NCBI GenBank assembly: GCA_030390025.1
Contig: CM059429.1
Location: forward strand, 123,070,001-123,134,000
From: Squalus acanthias
Lineage: Eukaryota
Direction of reading: 5' to 3'
Length of the DNA stretch: 64,000 bases
A program made the translations under genes and the position numbers. The number at the start of each line of letters is the position of its first letter. Within the stretch, counting starts at the first letter, position 1. This document shows, in pieces, positions 13,050 to 24,228 of this stretch. The notes under the pieces were generated by a model. That model had not been told where the DNA came from and did no database searches. It was given only the letters and a program-made list of their open reading frames with translations.

Positions 13050-13700
13050 TTGTGAAAGAAAGACTGAAGAAAGCAGCATTGGAAACTGGTAGCACGATCT
13101 CCTTTGGATCCACTAATTCCCATCTCTTTGCTCTCATCCAATTAGTGCAGTGTATTAAGCGGTTTATCATCTCATACTCAGCTGTACAAAGAAACAAGCC
13201 GAACACTTTGCAATAGACTCTGTTCTCCTTTTACACCCTCAGGTACTTACATATTCTAGTGTGCTATGAATAATAGGGGAATAATAGAGCACTAATTCCC
13301 TCATCAAAGAATGCCTTGTCTGCGCTTTGGTGAAAACACTATTCCGATAAAAGAAAGCAATAAAGCTTAGCATAACAAAACGAAACCTACTTATTAGCTT
13401 AGTAGTAAATTAATGCAAAACCACTGGTATTCAACCAGGTTTGAAAACAGCCTCCCGCAACTTTATAATGCTTTATTGCTGAAGGAATCCAGACTTGAAA
13501 TTTGAATCGGAGAGATGAGTTAATCTGGTAAATTCCAATAAACGTGTTTTCAAACGGCTGCTGTGATTTAAAGCTATTTATCCCACATGGAATGGGATAA
13601 ATGACACAAAGCGATGTCCGACGGCAGCAAGACATGGAAATACACGGCAAGTTGGACATTATTCAGGAAAGTCCAACTGATTCTGCGAGTATTTATGTAT
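13050..13700. promoter_or_regulatory. candidate ultraconserved-type element between ARX and POLA1
   Basis: unique AT-rich block bounded by low-complexity runs; CTAATT/CAATTA sites, TCF-type CATCAAAG at 13302-13309; position matches the known intergenic ultraconserved block. Confidence 0.45.
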
Positions 13701-16700
13701 GAATTTGGAGTGTAAACGCATCATTACGAACTGTTCCCTGCCATTCCTTCCACATGTTGTGAATTATTTATGCTAATCTTTTATATGTATTTATAATAAA
13801 AATAGGAAATGGTGGAAATACAGAGAGAAAAGGCAGATTAATATGTGGGAAAACATTAACCCACACTTTTCACTTTGAGATGCTGCTGTGTATCACCAAC
13901 ATTTGCTGTATTTATTTCAGATTTTCAGCATGAACAGTTTCTTTTCCTTTTTTATATTTATTAGCTACAATACATAAACGATACACAAACAGTAAGTGCA
14001 GGCGAGAACAATGCAACTAAATTGCTTACAAGAATGACGTTTCTTGTATTGGAATGCCAAAGATTGGGCTCGCTGCAGAGATGCTTTTCGGACCCTAATT
14101 GAATGCGTGTTCTTATATTCTGACTAAAAGCTGCAGTTGTTCAATGTTTTAGTACACCCAATTAGGGCTCATAGGTGCATATTTCACTCACCATTACTGT
14201 CAACGTGAAGTGAGTTCACAGAAAATAGTAAAATAGAGGATATTGCCTTATGAAGCTACGAAATATATTTATTCCACAGTGGGGGGAATAGTACATAATT
14301 GGTGAGGGACAGAGGTGATAGTTACTTGGGTCTCCTTCAGGACTGCACAGGCTTCTTATCCAGTATTCTTCTTACATAATGTAACAACAGTATTCTCATT
14401 CATTTATGTGACACAGTTCTGTGTTATGCAGTTATAATTAAAATAGATTTAATTTCCGGCAGTGGAGCATTGGTCTGGTATGATGATCTTTTTTCTCGCC
14501 ACTGTAGAATACAATGAAGGATTGGCCCTGAATACTTAGGAGCAGTTCTCATTGCAGTGCATGTGATGACATCAGTTGGCGAGAGTTTATCATGAAGAGG
14601 TGCCTGTATGCTTCTGGTTAAACTATTCTCTGGGTGGGTAGGTTTGTTTCACTTTATGTTATTTAGGTACTGGTTTTCTAATTCTCAGGTGTTTATTTTT
14701 TCAAATTCCGAGCCAGGTGTCAACCAGTTTTGTTTTACGCCACAAATTTCCCAGATTCACTGGTGCCAGTTGTTGGAATGGAGCCACTATAGTTACAGAT
14801 ATTGTTCTTTGTTGGCTTAAACCCAGAGTTTATTTTTTAATAACTGGCATTGCTAATGCAGGAAAATAGTTCTGGCAGGGTCATTATTTCACATATTGAG
14901 ATTCTGTACTTCATGTATGTGAGATAACATTCATCCCAGTAAGTTATGTGCCAGGCACCTTATATAAAACGCAGTCTCAGTGTTTGGATGGACAGTATTC
15001 TGAAGGATGTCTGTTCCAACTTGAGTGAGGAGTCGAATTCAGGTGAAGATGTTCTTACAAAATGTGCTAACATATTGATTGACAACCAATCACCCATTCA
15101 GTGTATCAGGTGGATACTGTTTCAGTCCAGGCAGCAAGTTTTGTAAGTAGCTAAAGATGTAAAAACATAGTTGCAGCACAATTTATAACTGCGCAGTAAT
15201 AATAGACTTTATACTGTATGTGAATTAAGTATAAGCAAGTTAATCTGAAGGACAAGGCTATGGGTCCAATCCTTTAATTGGCTACTATTCTTATTTTCCC
15301 AGCACAGTGTAGTCAAAGTATATTATTACTTCAACATTACACCTTCTGGATATAGTCTCAAAATTGATTTATCAAGGGATACAAAAGCAACCAAGACTGT
15401 TTTCCTTTATTGTAGCACTCTCCACATACCATAAAATTGAGGCCAGTTTGTCAATGGGGAAAATCATTAGGGACTTCAAGATATTTTGATGTAAACAATA
15501 TCATAACATAGGGATATTACCCACATGCCCTTCCTTTCCCAGTCGTAAAAATGGCCCTTTCCAACCTAACTCGCCCATTTTTACTTGTCAGCATGAAGAT
15601 TCCTACCTGGCTGTTCCACACTTTTTTAACTTGGTTTTATATTCAATAAAGTAAAATAAATTCTAATAGGAATGTCATCCCACAGCTTGAGTCTTAAATG
15701 CTGTTCAAAGTGCTCAAAAACCAATGCCATTGCTGATTGGCACAGAGTGTGGCTGAAGTGTTTTGCATTGAAATGTGATATGTAGGCATGTCAGACCTGC
15801 TTCTAATTCTCATCTAGAACCATACAGAAAACATCTTCAAGATAGGAAAAGGATCACAAAGGAATGCACCAACCAGAAGATTTGAGCTCAGAATGTCAGG
15901 TGAGTGAGTGTCAGGGCACTAGACCTTTTCTACGAAGGGATGATGTTATGAAGGAAGATCCATTTAATTAATGGCACTGATTGAGGTCAACTTTGTGCAC
16001 TTTGGCAGATTTTGGTCAGTCTTACATGGCACTAGCTAGTTAGCACCCAGGAATCAGTACTAACTAACTCTCGTGATGTTGCTGATTCTAGTTGGGGTCC
16101 CCAGTGCTGGTTGGTACCGAGAGGCTTCTGAGACACTTTTCTGAAAGTGTCATGCTTAACACCTAAGGGAAAGAAGCATTCTTAATCCTTTGCTATTGTA
16201 TTAACTCCTACTTTATGGATGCTTCAAGCAAGCCCTCAGCCACTCTCCATTTAAAAGTTTGAGACTATGGGTCCCCAACTAGAAGTTTATAGAACACAGT
16301 TTTATCTTGAGCAACAATTCTATCTGGAAGCTGACAGGGAACATTGCCCTCTTCATCTCAGTTATCAAGAGCTTCACCAAAATAAACTTCTAAGTGAGGA
16401 CAAGTTCAAAACAGCCTGCTTCAAATTATTCAACAGTCTGCTCAGGAGATTGGTTTACTGCAATCAACCTCAGGGATGCTTACTTTCACATGGAAATCTC
16501 CCATGAACATTGCAAGTTTCTGAGGTTTTCCATTTGAATTACCATTGCAACATGGTCCCTTTCAGCCGTAACTCTGCTCCCAAAGTATTTTCTGTTGCTG
16601 CAACCCATCTACATTTGAAGCACTACCACTTTTATCCCTAGTTAGTTGGTTCATCAGAAGTGCTTGCAAGAATACTACTCAAGCCATAGTTCAGTGGATT

Positions 16701-17385
16701 TTTTTCTATGTTCTGGAAGTTCAGATTTATTGGCAACTATGATAAATCCCAGTTGCAGCCAATACAGGCTTTGATGTTCATAGTGGATCACAAACCTTTG
16801 ATATGTTACTTGAAAACCAGACACAGGTCAGTATTGGCCTGAAAACAAATATGATCCCTCTATTTTCTCTGATTCCTAAAGCATTCCACAAAATAAAAAT
16901 GGAGATTGCAATGATAATTTTGATAACCCAACATTGACCACAGAAGTTGTGATTCTCAGACATTCTGAGTAGTGTTCTGCAACATATGAGGAATCTATCG
17001 CCCCAATTATTTGGTTAGATTCTTCATCCGATGCCAGCAGGCTTCTCCTTAACCTGCTGGCTATTAAAATGGAACAGTCCCTAGTCAAAGGATTTCTTCT
17101 TATGTTTTGGTGGCTTTCAGAAAACCTCCCATTAATAAAGCTTAGATTGCAAAATGGAAGAAATTAAGTATGTCGTGCTGTACCAAGAACCTGGGTCTAC
17201 TGTCATATAAGACTGCTCACATTTTAGATGACCATTATAATTCATTAACTTAGCCTTGAAGCTAACATCCATTAATTCTATCTTGTAGGCATTGCAACCA
17301 TTCATTATTTTCACAGGAGGGGCACTGGTGGGCCAGGGTTGGGGTAGAGTTGGAGGGGTTGGTGGAAGTTCTGTGACACTGCTAC

Positions 17386-17700
17386 TGTGCTCCAAAGAGG
17401 AGAAACCTGCTCCAATGTTCTTATTCTTGTTTATAAATCACTCTGTAGGCTCTCCTCCCTACCTTAGTGATCTCCTCCTGCCTTACATCACTGTGCTCAA
17501 CCTGACGACTCTAAAACCAGATTCTTCCATTATGCTCCTGCCCTCTGGAATTCTAAACCAAGTTCCCAATCCATGGCTCTCCATTGTTCTTCCAATTACC
17601 CACACTTTGTGACCACTGTATCTATTTCTTCCTTTTTGTAAAGCACTCTGAGGCATCTTCTGCACATGAAGAGTGCTATATACGTGCAAGTTGTTGGTGC
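17386..17700 (+). mobile_element. L2 LINE 3' end fragment
   Basis: CTCCCTACCTT..CTCCT and CTCTGGAATTC, ending TGTAAAGCAC..GTGCTATATACGTGCAAGTTGTTG, the same tail as other L2 copies here. Confidence 0.6.
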
Positions 17701-17871
17701 TATTGAAAGAACAAAGAAGTTTTGCAAATTTCAGAAACTGTCCTTTAAGACTTATGTACCTGGTAATAGTGCTTCTAGTGAACATTAGTATGCATCATTA
17801 TCAACTAATTGGTAAGAACCCCTTAGGTGAAGTTTATGAGCATTTGATGAAATGCTGCTACTTTGTGAGCT

Positions 17872-18680
17872 ACAATAACAACTTGTATTCATATAACACC
17901 TTTAACGTAAAGAACACCCCAGGGGAAAACAGGAAGAGCAAGATGTGGGCCAAAAGTTGAAGACATAGGATTTGAGCAGGTTTTTAAAGGAGGAGAGGGA
18001 GATGGAGCGGTAACAGAAGTTTAGGGAGGGAATTCTAGTGAGTAGGACCCAAAAAGCTAAAGGCTTTGCTGAGATGAAGGGAGAGAATGTAAGCCAGTCA
18101 GAGGAACAAAGTGTGCGGGGGTGGGGGGAGGGGGAAAGGGAAGGGAATAAAGAGTAGAGGAGATTGCAGATTTATGGTAGGGCAATGCCACTGAGGGATT
18201 TAAAGGGACAAAGGGAAAAAATAAAATTTAATGAGTTGGGTATTAAAGAGTTTTTGTAGAAATGCTATATGGAGTATACATTACTACAACAACAACAACT
18301 TACATTTATAGGGCCTCTTTAATGTAGAAAGATGTCCCAAGGCACTTCACAAAGGCATAAAGAAAACAAACGCCAAGCCAAAGAAGGAGAAATTAAGAGG
18401 AGTGACCAAAAGCTTGGTCAATGAGGTGGGTTTCAATGAGGGTCTTAAAGGAGGAGAGGGCTTTAGAGAGCTAATTCCAGAATTGGATCTAGCCGGCTGA
18501 AGACACGGTTGCCAATAGTAGGACGAGGAAGGGGAGGATACACAGGAGGCTGGAGGCAGGGGAATGGAGATTACAGTGGGTGGGGAGCGGAAGTATTGTA
18601 GGGTTGGAGATTATAGAGATAGGGAGGGGCAAAGTCATTGAATGATTTAAACACAAGGATAAAAATGTTAAAATGAGGTG
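17872..18680 (-). mobile_element. two L2 LINE 3' end fragments
   Basis: two ACAAC(AAC)n TT..ATTTATA tails (about 17872 and 18286), each followed by purine-rich L2 sequence similar to 28230-29040. Confidence 0.65.
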
Positions 18681-19630
18681 TTGACATTGTTTTATTATAC
18701 TTGCATTTATTGACCAAGGTCAACCAGAGTTCGGTAGGCCTGTTTTGTCTGCAGGTGTTTCAACTAATCCGCGAGGATCTCTTTCCTCCCGTTTCTAGGA
18801 AATACATAGTCAGTCAATCAGTCACCTAAAGTATACGGATGGAAGAAGAAAGCTAGGTTTCATACCATGCAATGTCTTCATCTTTCAACTGGCATTGGGA
18901 ACATCTTTCATTTTTAAAATGGGAAGATCCACCCTATTGGCCCCACGTTCCTTCTTGCTGGAAGTATTTGGTAAACACTTATGAAACTTTGATTCTTGGT
19001 CAGTGTTTCTGCGGAGTTATTCTCCCACCTTCTGTTTCTTGTTTAGAAGCTCAAGTGAGTAATTGTTTTAGATTGCATGAAGAAAAAGTCTGTGGGTGAT
19101 ATCTTGATAGTCAAAATCAAAAACATCTTCAGAGGCTGACATCCCTCTTAAATTTCCTTTGAACACCTGTTTTTTTCTTTCCTTTTGCAAAGGCACTGAC
19201 TTTTGGGGGGTAAACTGGGATGCATTGCTGCCAGCAGTCAATGTGCCTAACTCAACTGGCCATTCTTCATGTGTGGCACTCAGGTTTGACTGGCTATTTG
19301 ACCATTTAAGCCATGGCAGCAAGCCCATGCCTGTTCTGAACTGATTTCCACACATGCATGATTTCTATCAGGGGTTATTAGATAGCAACCAGGAGTAGGT
19401 AGGAACCCTGACTGATTTGACACTCTCTAACCCAAGGGATTCACAGGTCAATTATAGCACTCTAACAGAGACCAGTTAATTCAGCAGACCAAGGATCAAA
19501 CTTGGGACCTTTGGATTTGCATATCTTAACACCACTCCATACAGGAGTTGGGGGAATAACAATCTGGCTCTGATCCCACAATATGTGGAAGATGCTTCCA
19601 TTCAAAAACTGAAGATTACTATATAGGTAG

Positions 19631-21595
19631 GTGGTGGGGCTGCCAGTTCGGATTCATATCTGTGACACCAAGACAGATATTTAGCAGTTATTTGGAAAGC
19701 TACAGTTACCATTGCACTTACTGAGTGAGTCACCTACTGGTATTTTGAATCCGGTTACATTCAGATATTGTTTCAAGATAACTTGTTCCTGCAGAAGAAG
19801 AATTCTCTCGTCATACCAAATTACTAGTGTTTCACAACCCAGGATTATCATTGTGATTTTTTTTTGCAGGAGTGCAAGAATGCCTGCACCATATCCCCAG
19901 TGAGTCATTTCATTTATTCTGTGGAAATGAACCACCTATTAAAATGCAGCAAGCCTTTTATATTCTAGGATGCTGCACTAACGTTGCAACTGGTTAAAGG
20001 TTGCTTCATAAAATAAATAATTTCTTATTTTTTGTACATCAATGGGCAGTGACCATAATGGGCCGGATATTCTGACCCCCACGGGTGCGTACAAGGTGTG
20101 TACGCACCCATAGGGGCCTCGCAAGTGCCGGTTTCAGGCATGCGAGGTGCATGTGCTAAATCCCGGCACTTCCGATCTGTCAAGAATCCTCTTGACAGAT
20201 CATCCGCCTGCCCGGGAAAAGGGCCTCCGCTGAAAGCCTTTAAAAATCTTACGCCTGGTAAAATGCTTTTACCAGCATAAGAGTTTTTAAAATAAAATAA
20301 AAAAAAAATTTTTTTCACTCATTTATAATTTAAAAATACTTTCAAAAAAGCTATGTTTATTTTTAGCCCCGTAAAAAACTTTAATTATTTTTTTCAAAAA
20401 ATTACATTTTTGCTTAAAATATTTAATTTAATGTAATTTTAACCAATTTTAAATACGTGATTTAAAAAAAAAATATTTAATGTTTAACTGTTTTTTAAGT
20501 GATCCCCATTCATACTTTTGACAGATCCGTGCGGAGAGACCTGTCAAAAGTGTGAAGGGCGATTCCCTTCTTTGATTGGTTCCCCATGGCCCACGTGATC
20601 CTAGGGATGCTTGCGAACCGCATGTGCCCCTGGGATACCTGGGCCTCTGCGCACGTGCACCAGGATCGCAAGTCTCGGGAGCCAGCAGGTAAGTGCGTAG
20701 ATTTTTTCCGATCAGAGCCATCCGCCCGTAGGAAGCCTCCGATCGGAAAATCTGGCCCAACTATCTACCTTAATATGATAAATTTCAAATATGAATTAAA
20801 TTAAAATTCATTTAACAGGCTCGTGTGGAGCATAAACGCTGGCATGGACCTGTTGGGTCAAATGGCCTGTTACTGTGCTGTAAATACTATGTAAATACCA
20901 TAACAGTGGTGCTTTGTGTGTTGGGGGATGGGAGAGATGGACAGTCATATGCCATATGCTTTCCCACAGAAAGAGAATGAAAATCAGAGACAACACTTGC
21001 TGTTACAGAGGGTATCAGCAAAGGCCTGGGAGCGGTTAAGCTGCCTGCACTCTTAGAGTTTAGTGCACAGGTATCTAGAAAGTGAATAAGTCAAAATAAG
21101 CAAAAAACACACTAAGGTCAATCAGGTGCGCCATTGTTTATGTTTCATGTAATTTGGCTTAAAGTGTAAAGAGGTGCTCACCAGTGAGAAACTCTGGTGA
21201 GTTTTCATGATTTGAAGGGTCTCTTCCGCAGAAATAACATTGCAAAAAAAGAAAACAACTTTTAGTTGTAACCATCACTTTAACCTAAGGTTATACTCCA
21301 TATACCATAAGGTACAACCTGAAGTATAATAATTCTGTTGATCCTCCATTACATTCTCCACACCCACTAAATACTGGACTATAAATATAACCTTGTGCAA
21401 CCTGCATCAGCATCTTATTTCTAAAGCATCCAGGAACAAGTTATCTTGAAACAATATATGAATGTAACCAGATTCAAAATACCAGTCGGTGACTCACTCA
21501 GTAAGTGCATTGGTAAGTAAGTGAGCTTTCCAAATAACTGTTAAATATCTGTCTTTGTGTCACAGATATAAATCTGAACAAGCAGCTGATCACCA
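19631..21595. repeat. about 160-bp inverted repeat (19631-19791 vs 21431-21595)
   Basis: direct comparison: ATATCTGTGACAC.AAGACAGATATTTA.CAGTTATTTGGAAAGCT...TGAGTGAGTCACC.ACTGGTATTTTGAATC.GGTTACATTCA.ATATTGTTTCAAGATAACTTGTTCCTG is shared in opposite orientation. Confidence 0.92.
20060..20758. mobile_element. non-autonomous DNA transposon (MITE, Harbinger-like)
   Basis: TIRs GGGCCGGATATTC / GAAAATCTGGCCC, GC- and CpG-rich arms around an extremely AT-rich core; flanks AAT/AAC. Confidence 0.7.
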
Positions 21596-22639
21596 CTTGA
21601 CCTCTTGCTTGTACTAGAACACATTTGTGGTATTTATCCAGATCGAGACCAAGAAATTCTGCATTGGAGACCGGAAATGTGGAAGTGCCACTTGTGCTGC
21701 TCTGCATTCTAAACTAGTTGATATGGCAGATGAACTGTACTTGGGATTTTCTTAGTTCCACCTGTCATCAGGATCAATTTCCCAGCCAACAAAGCATGCA
21801 TAAGCTGTAATGGTGGAAGAGAAAGAGATTTACGATGCACTCCTACACCAAGATAATTTGGTTTATTCATCATCTTCAGGCTTTTGGGGGGAAGCTGGAT
21901 TTATATCTACAGCTGCAAGGGAGAACATTGTGGAGATTAATCAGCAGATTGAGTAGTTGAAGTCTTAAAAAATCATAATGCTAATGCTACATATATGGTT
22001 ACTTCCATCAATCTGGTAGATCTAAGCATAATATACATCTTATTGGGTGGGCCTGTATGTCTGTTACGTCCTTCAGAACCCAATACTTGGAAGAAGTCGC
22101 AACTAAATGGCATATTTGAGCTTGGCTATAATTCATAAGTAGTCCACATGAAAATGTGAAACAACTTTTATTTTGCCTGTAACATATTCAGAAATGGATG
22201 TATTGAAGACTTTAAAAACCCAAGGGTGCACAACTTCTGTATAGACACAAATATAAGCACTTCTCCTGCCGGAGATGACTCAGAGTGAGAGCAGAAAGTT
22301 ATTTACTGCAGAACTTTGATATCCACTACTTGGAACACAAGGAAGTACTTAGGGGACCTCCTTCTTGATGGCAGAGGCTGCCTGGCTAGCAGATGCTATC
22401 AAAGTAAGCTTGAGTCTTTGCAGTGTATCTCGTACACAGTACCCACTGCAGCCAGTGTGCAAGTGGTGCAGTTAGGAAATGGAGTCCTGTAGCAGGGGCA
22501 CTGATAAAGTTGACTGTTCTGTCTAGGATGGTGTGGAGCTTTGAGTGTTGTTGTTCAGGTGACTGGTGAGTATTCCAGCACACTCTTGACTTGAGTTTTG
22601 AAGATAGCAGAGAAGGTTTGAGAAGTTGCCAAAGGCAAG

Positions 22640-23240
22640 TCACCGGTTATAGATTACAGTCTCTGGCCTGCTCTTGTAATTATGTTGTTCAGGACATTCA
22701 GCCTCCGATCTTCGGGTAAGCGTTCTCCAAGGCGGCCTTCGAGACACACGACAACGCAAAATCGTCGAGCAGAAACAGATAGCCAAGTTCCGCACCCATG
22801 AGGACGGCCTCAACCGGGATCTTGGGTTCATGTCACGCTACATGTAACCCCACCTGACGTAGAGTCATCCAGACTCAAGTTGTCGTTGGCTTGTTCTCTC
22901 TACACAGATGCGGCCGGACCTGCTGTGATTTCCAGCAAAAAAAGTTTTTTGTTTTCCATACAGACCCCAGCATCTGCCACATTGTCTTTGATGTAATGTT
23001 TTGCTGACTGACCTGTTTGGACACCATCCACACCTTTGATTGCCGTGATTATCTCTCTGCCGAGGTGTGATAAAGGGCAGTTGGAAAGATTAACTGTAAT
23101 CATCTGGCTGTGTTCTCTGACTATATATGCTGTGCCTATATGTATCTCTTCACTTCACCTGACGAAGGAGCAGCGCTCCGAAAGCTTGTGATTTCAAATA
23201 AACCTGTTGGACTATAACCTGGTGTTGTGCGACTTCTCAC
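22640..23240 (+). mobile_element. Penelope-like element 3' fragments (two families)
   Basis: GIY-YIG C-terminal-type sequence (EQKQIAKFRTHEDGLNRDLGFMS) and tails with CTGAnGA...GAAA motifs; GAAAGCTTGTGATTTCAAATAAA..TGTTGGACTATAACCTGGTGTTGTG recurs at 38620-38690. Confidence 0.7.
23155..23191 (+). ncRNA. minimal type I hammerhead ribozyme (Penelope-type)
   Basis: TCAC-CTGACGA-A-GGAGC(agc)GCTCC-GAAA-GC-TT-GTGA: intact core, stem I TCAC/GTGA, 5-bp stem II, palindromic AGCT stem III. Confidence 0.7.
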
Positions 23241-23249
23241 AATTATGTT

Positions 23250-23620
23250 GTTGATATGGCTGGTCCAATTAAGCTTCTGGTCAATGGTGACCTCTAAGAT
23301 ATTGACTTAGCAATAGTGGTTCCATTGGAGGTCAGTAGGAGATAGTTGGGCTTTTACTTGTTCAGGATGGTCATTGTCTGACACTCGTGGCATGAATGTT
23401 ACATACCACTTGTTAGCCCAAGCTTGGATGCTGTCCAAGTCCTGTTGGAGATTGGCATGGGCTGCTTCATTATCAGAGGGACTGTGAAAAGTGAACACTG
23501 TAAAATCATTATTAAACAGCCCTACTTCTGACCTTAAGATGGAGGGAAGTTCATTGAAGAAAGAACTGAGGATGGCTGAATGAAAGATACTGCCCGTAGG
23601 AATTCCCGGAGCACCACTGC
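23250..23620 (-). mobile_element. CR1-clade LINE RT fragment
   Basis: reverse-complement similarity to 51565-51950; SDNEAAHANLQQDLDSIQAWANKWYVTF. Confidence 0.7.
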
Positions 23621-23817
23621 CCTGTATTTGTTGAGAACTTGCAATGGCTCAACTGAAACAATTTTTTTTCTTCCTCTTAAAGGCATCACCCATTTTTGGG
23701 CAATGAAGAATCAAGGTTGACATTCCTGAAAATAGGATTTCTTTCCAGTAGAAAAACAATTGAGATCAGTCCCTTTGACTAAATTTGGATGGAGATCATG
23801 GAGGATTCATGACCAAA

Positions 23818-24228
23818 AGCCGTGGCTTAGTGGTAGAACTCTTGCCTCGGATTCAGAAGGTTGTGGGTTCAAGTCCCACTGCAGAGACTTGAGCACAAAA
23901 TCTAGGCTGACACTCCAGTGCAGTCTTGAACTACTGGAGGTGCCATCTTTCAGATGAGACTCTAAACCCAGGTCCATTCGGCCCTCCCAGGTAGACGTAA
24001 AAGATCCCATGACACTATTAGAAGAACAAGGAGTTCTTCCTGATGCCTATGCTAATATTTATCCCTCAACCAATATCACTAAAACAGATTACCTGATCAT
24101 TTATCTCATTGGCTGCCGCATTTCCTACATTACAATCAGTGACTACTCTTCCAACGTACTTCATTGGCTGTAAAACACTTTGGGCAGTGCCAAGGTCAGG
24201 ATATATAAATGCAAGTCAGTCTTTCTTT
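23818..24228 (+). mobile_element. tRNA-headed Deu-domain SINE (SacSINE1-like)
   Basis: A box TGGCTTAGTGG, B box GGTTCAAGTCC, body AAAAGATCCCATG.CACTATT..., tail ATATAAATGCAAGTC; colinear with 55551-55987. Confidence 0.8.

Larger units (their letters stand above)
15690..19800 (+). mobile_element. decayed DIRS1-like tyrosine-recombinase retrotransposon, interrupted by L2 insertions
   Basis: broken frames give RT motifs DWFTAINLRDAYFHMEISHEHCKFLRF, VPFSRNSAPKVF and NYDKSQLQPIQ (about 16450-16780); FWWLSENL (about 17110); RNase H-like FINLALKL..ALQPF (about 17240-17300); YR-like EDPPY..VILPP..RLH..YLD (18870-19110). Confidence 0.7.

Noticed and set aside
17080-17320. TAAT-rich block that first looked like an enhancer
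   Set aside because: It translates as a continuation of the DIRS RT/RNase H relic (FWWLSENL, FINLALKL..ALQPF).
22854-22900. Hammerhead-like motif CTGACGTAGAGTC..GACTC
   Set aside because: Core degenerate (no CUGANGA or GAAA). The 56763 copy also has a broken stem III.
23818-23890. tRNA-like sequence with A and B boxes (also 55551-55620)
   Set aside because: These are SINE heads continuing directly into Deu-SINE bodies, not tRNA genes.
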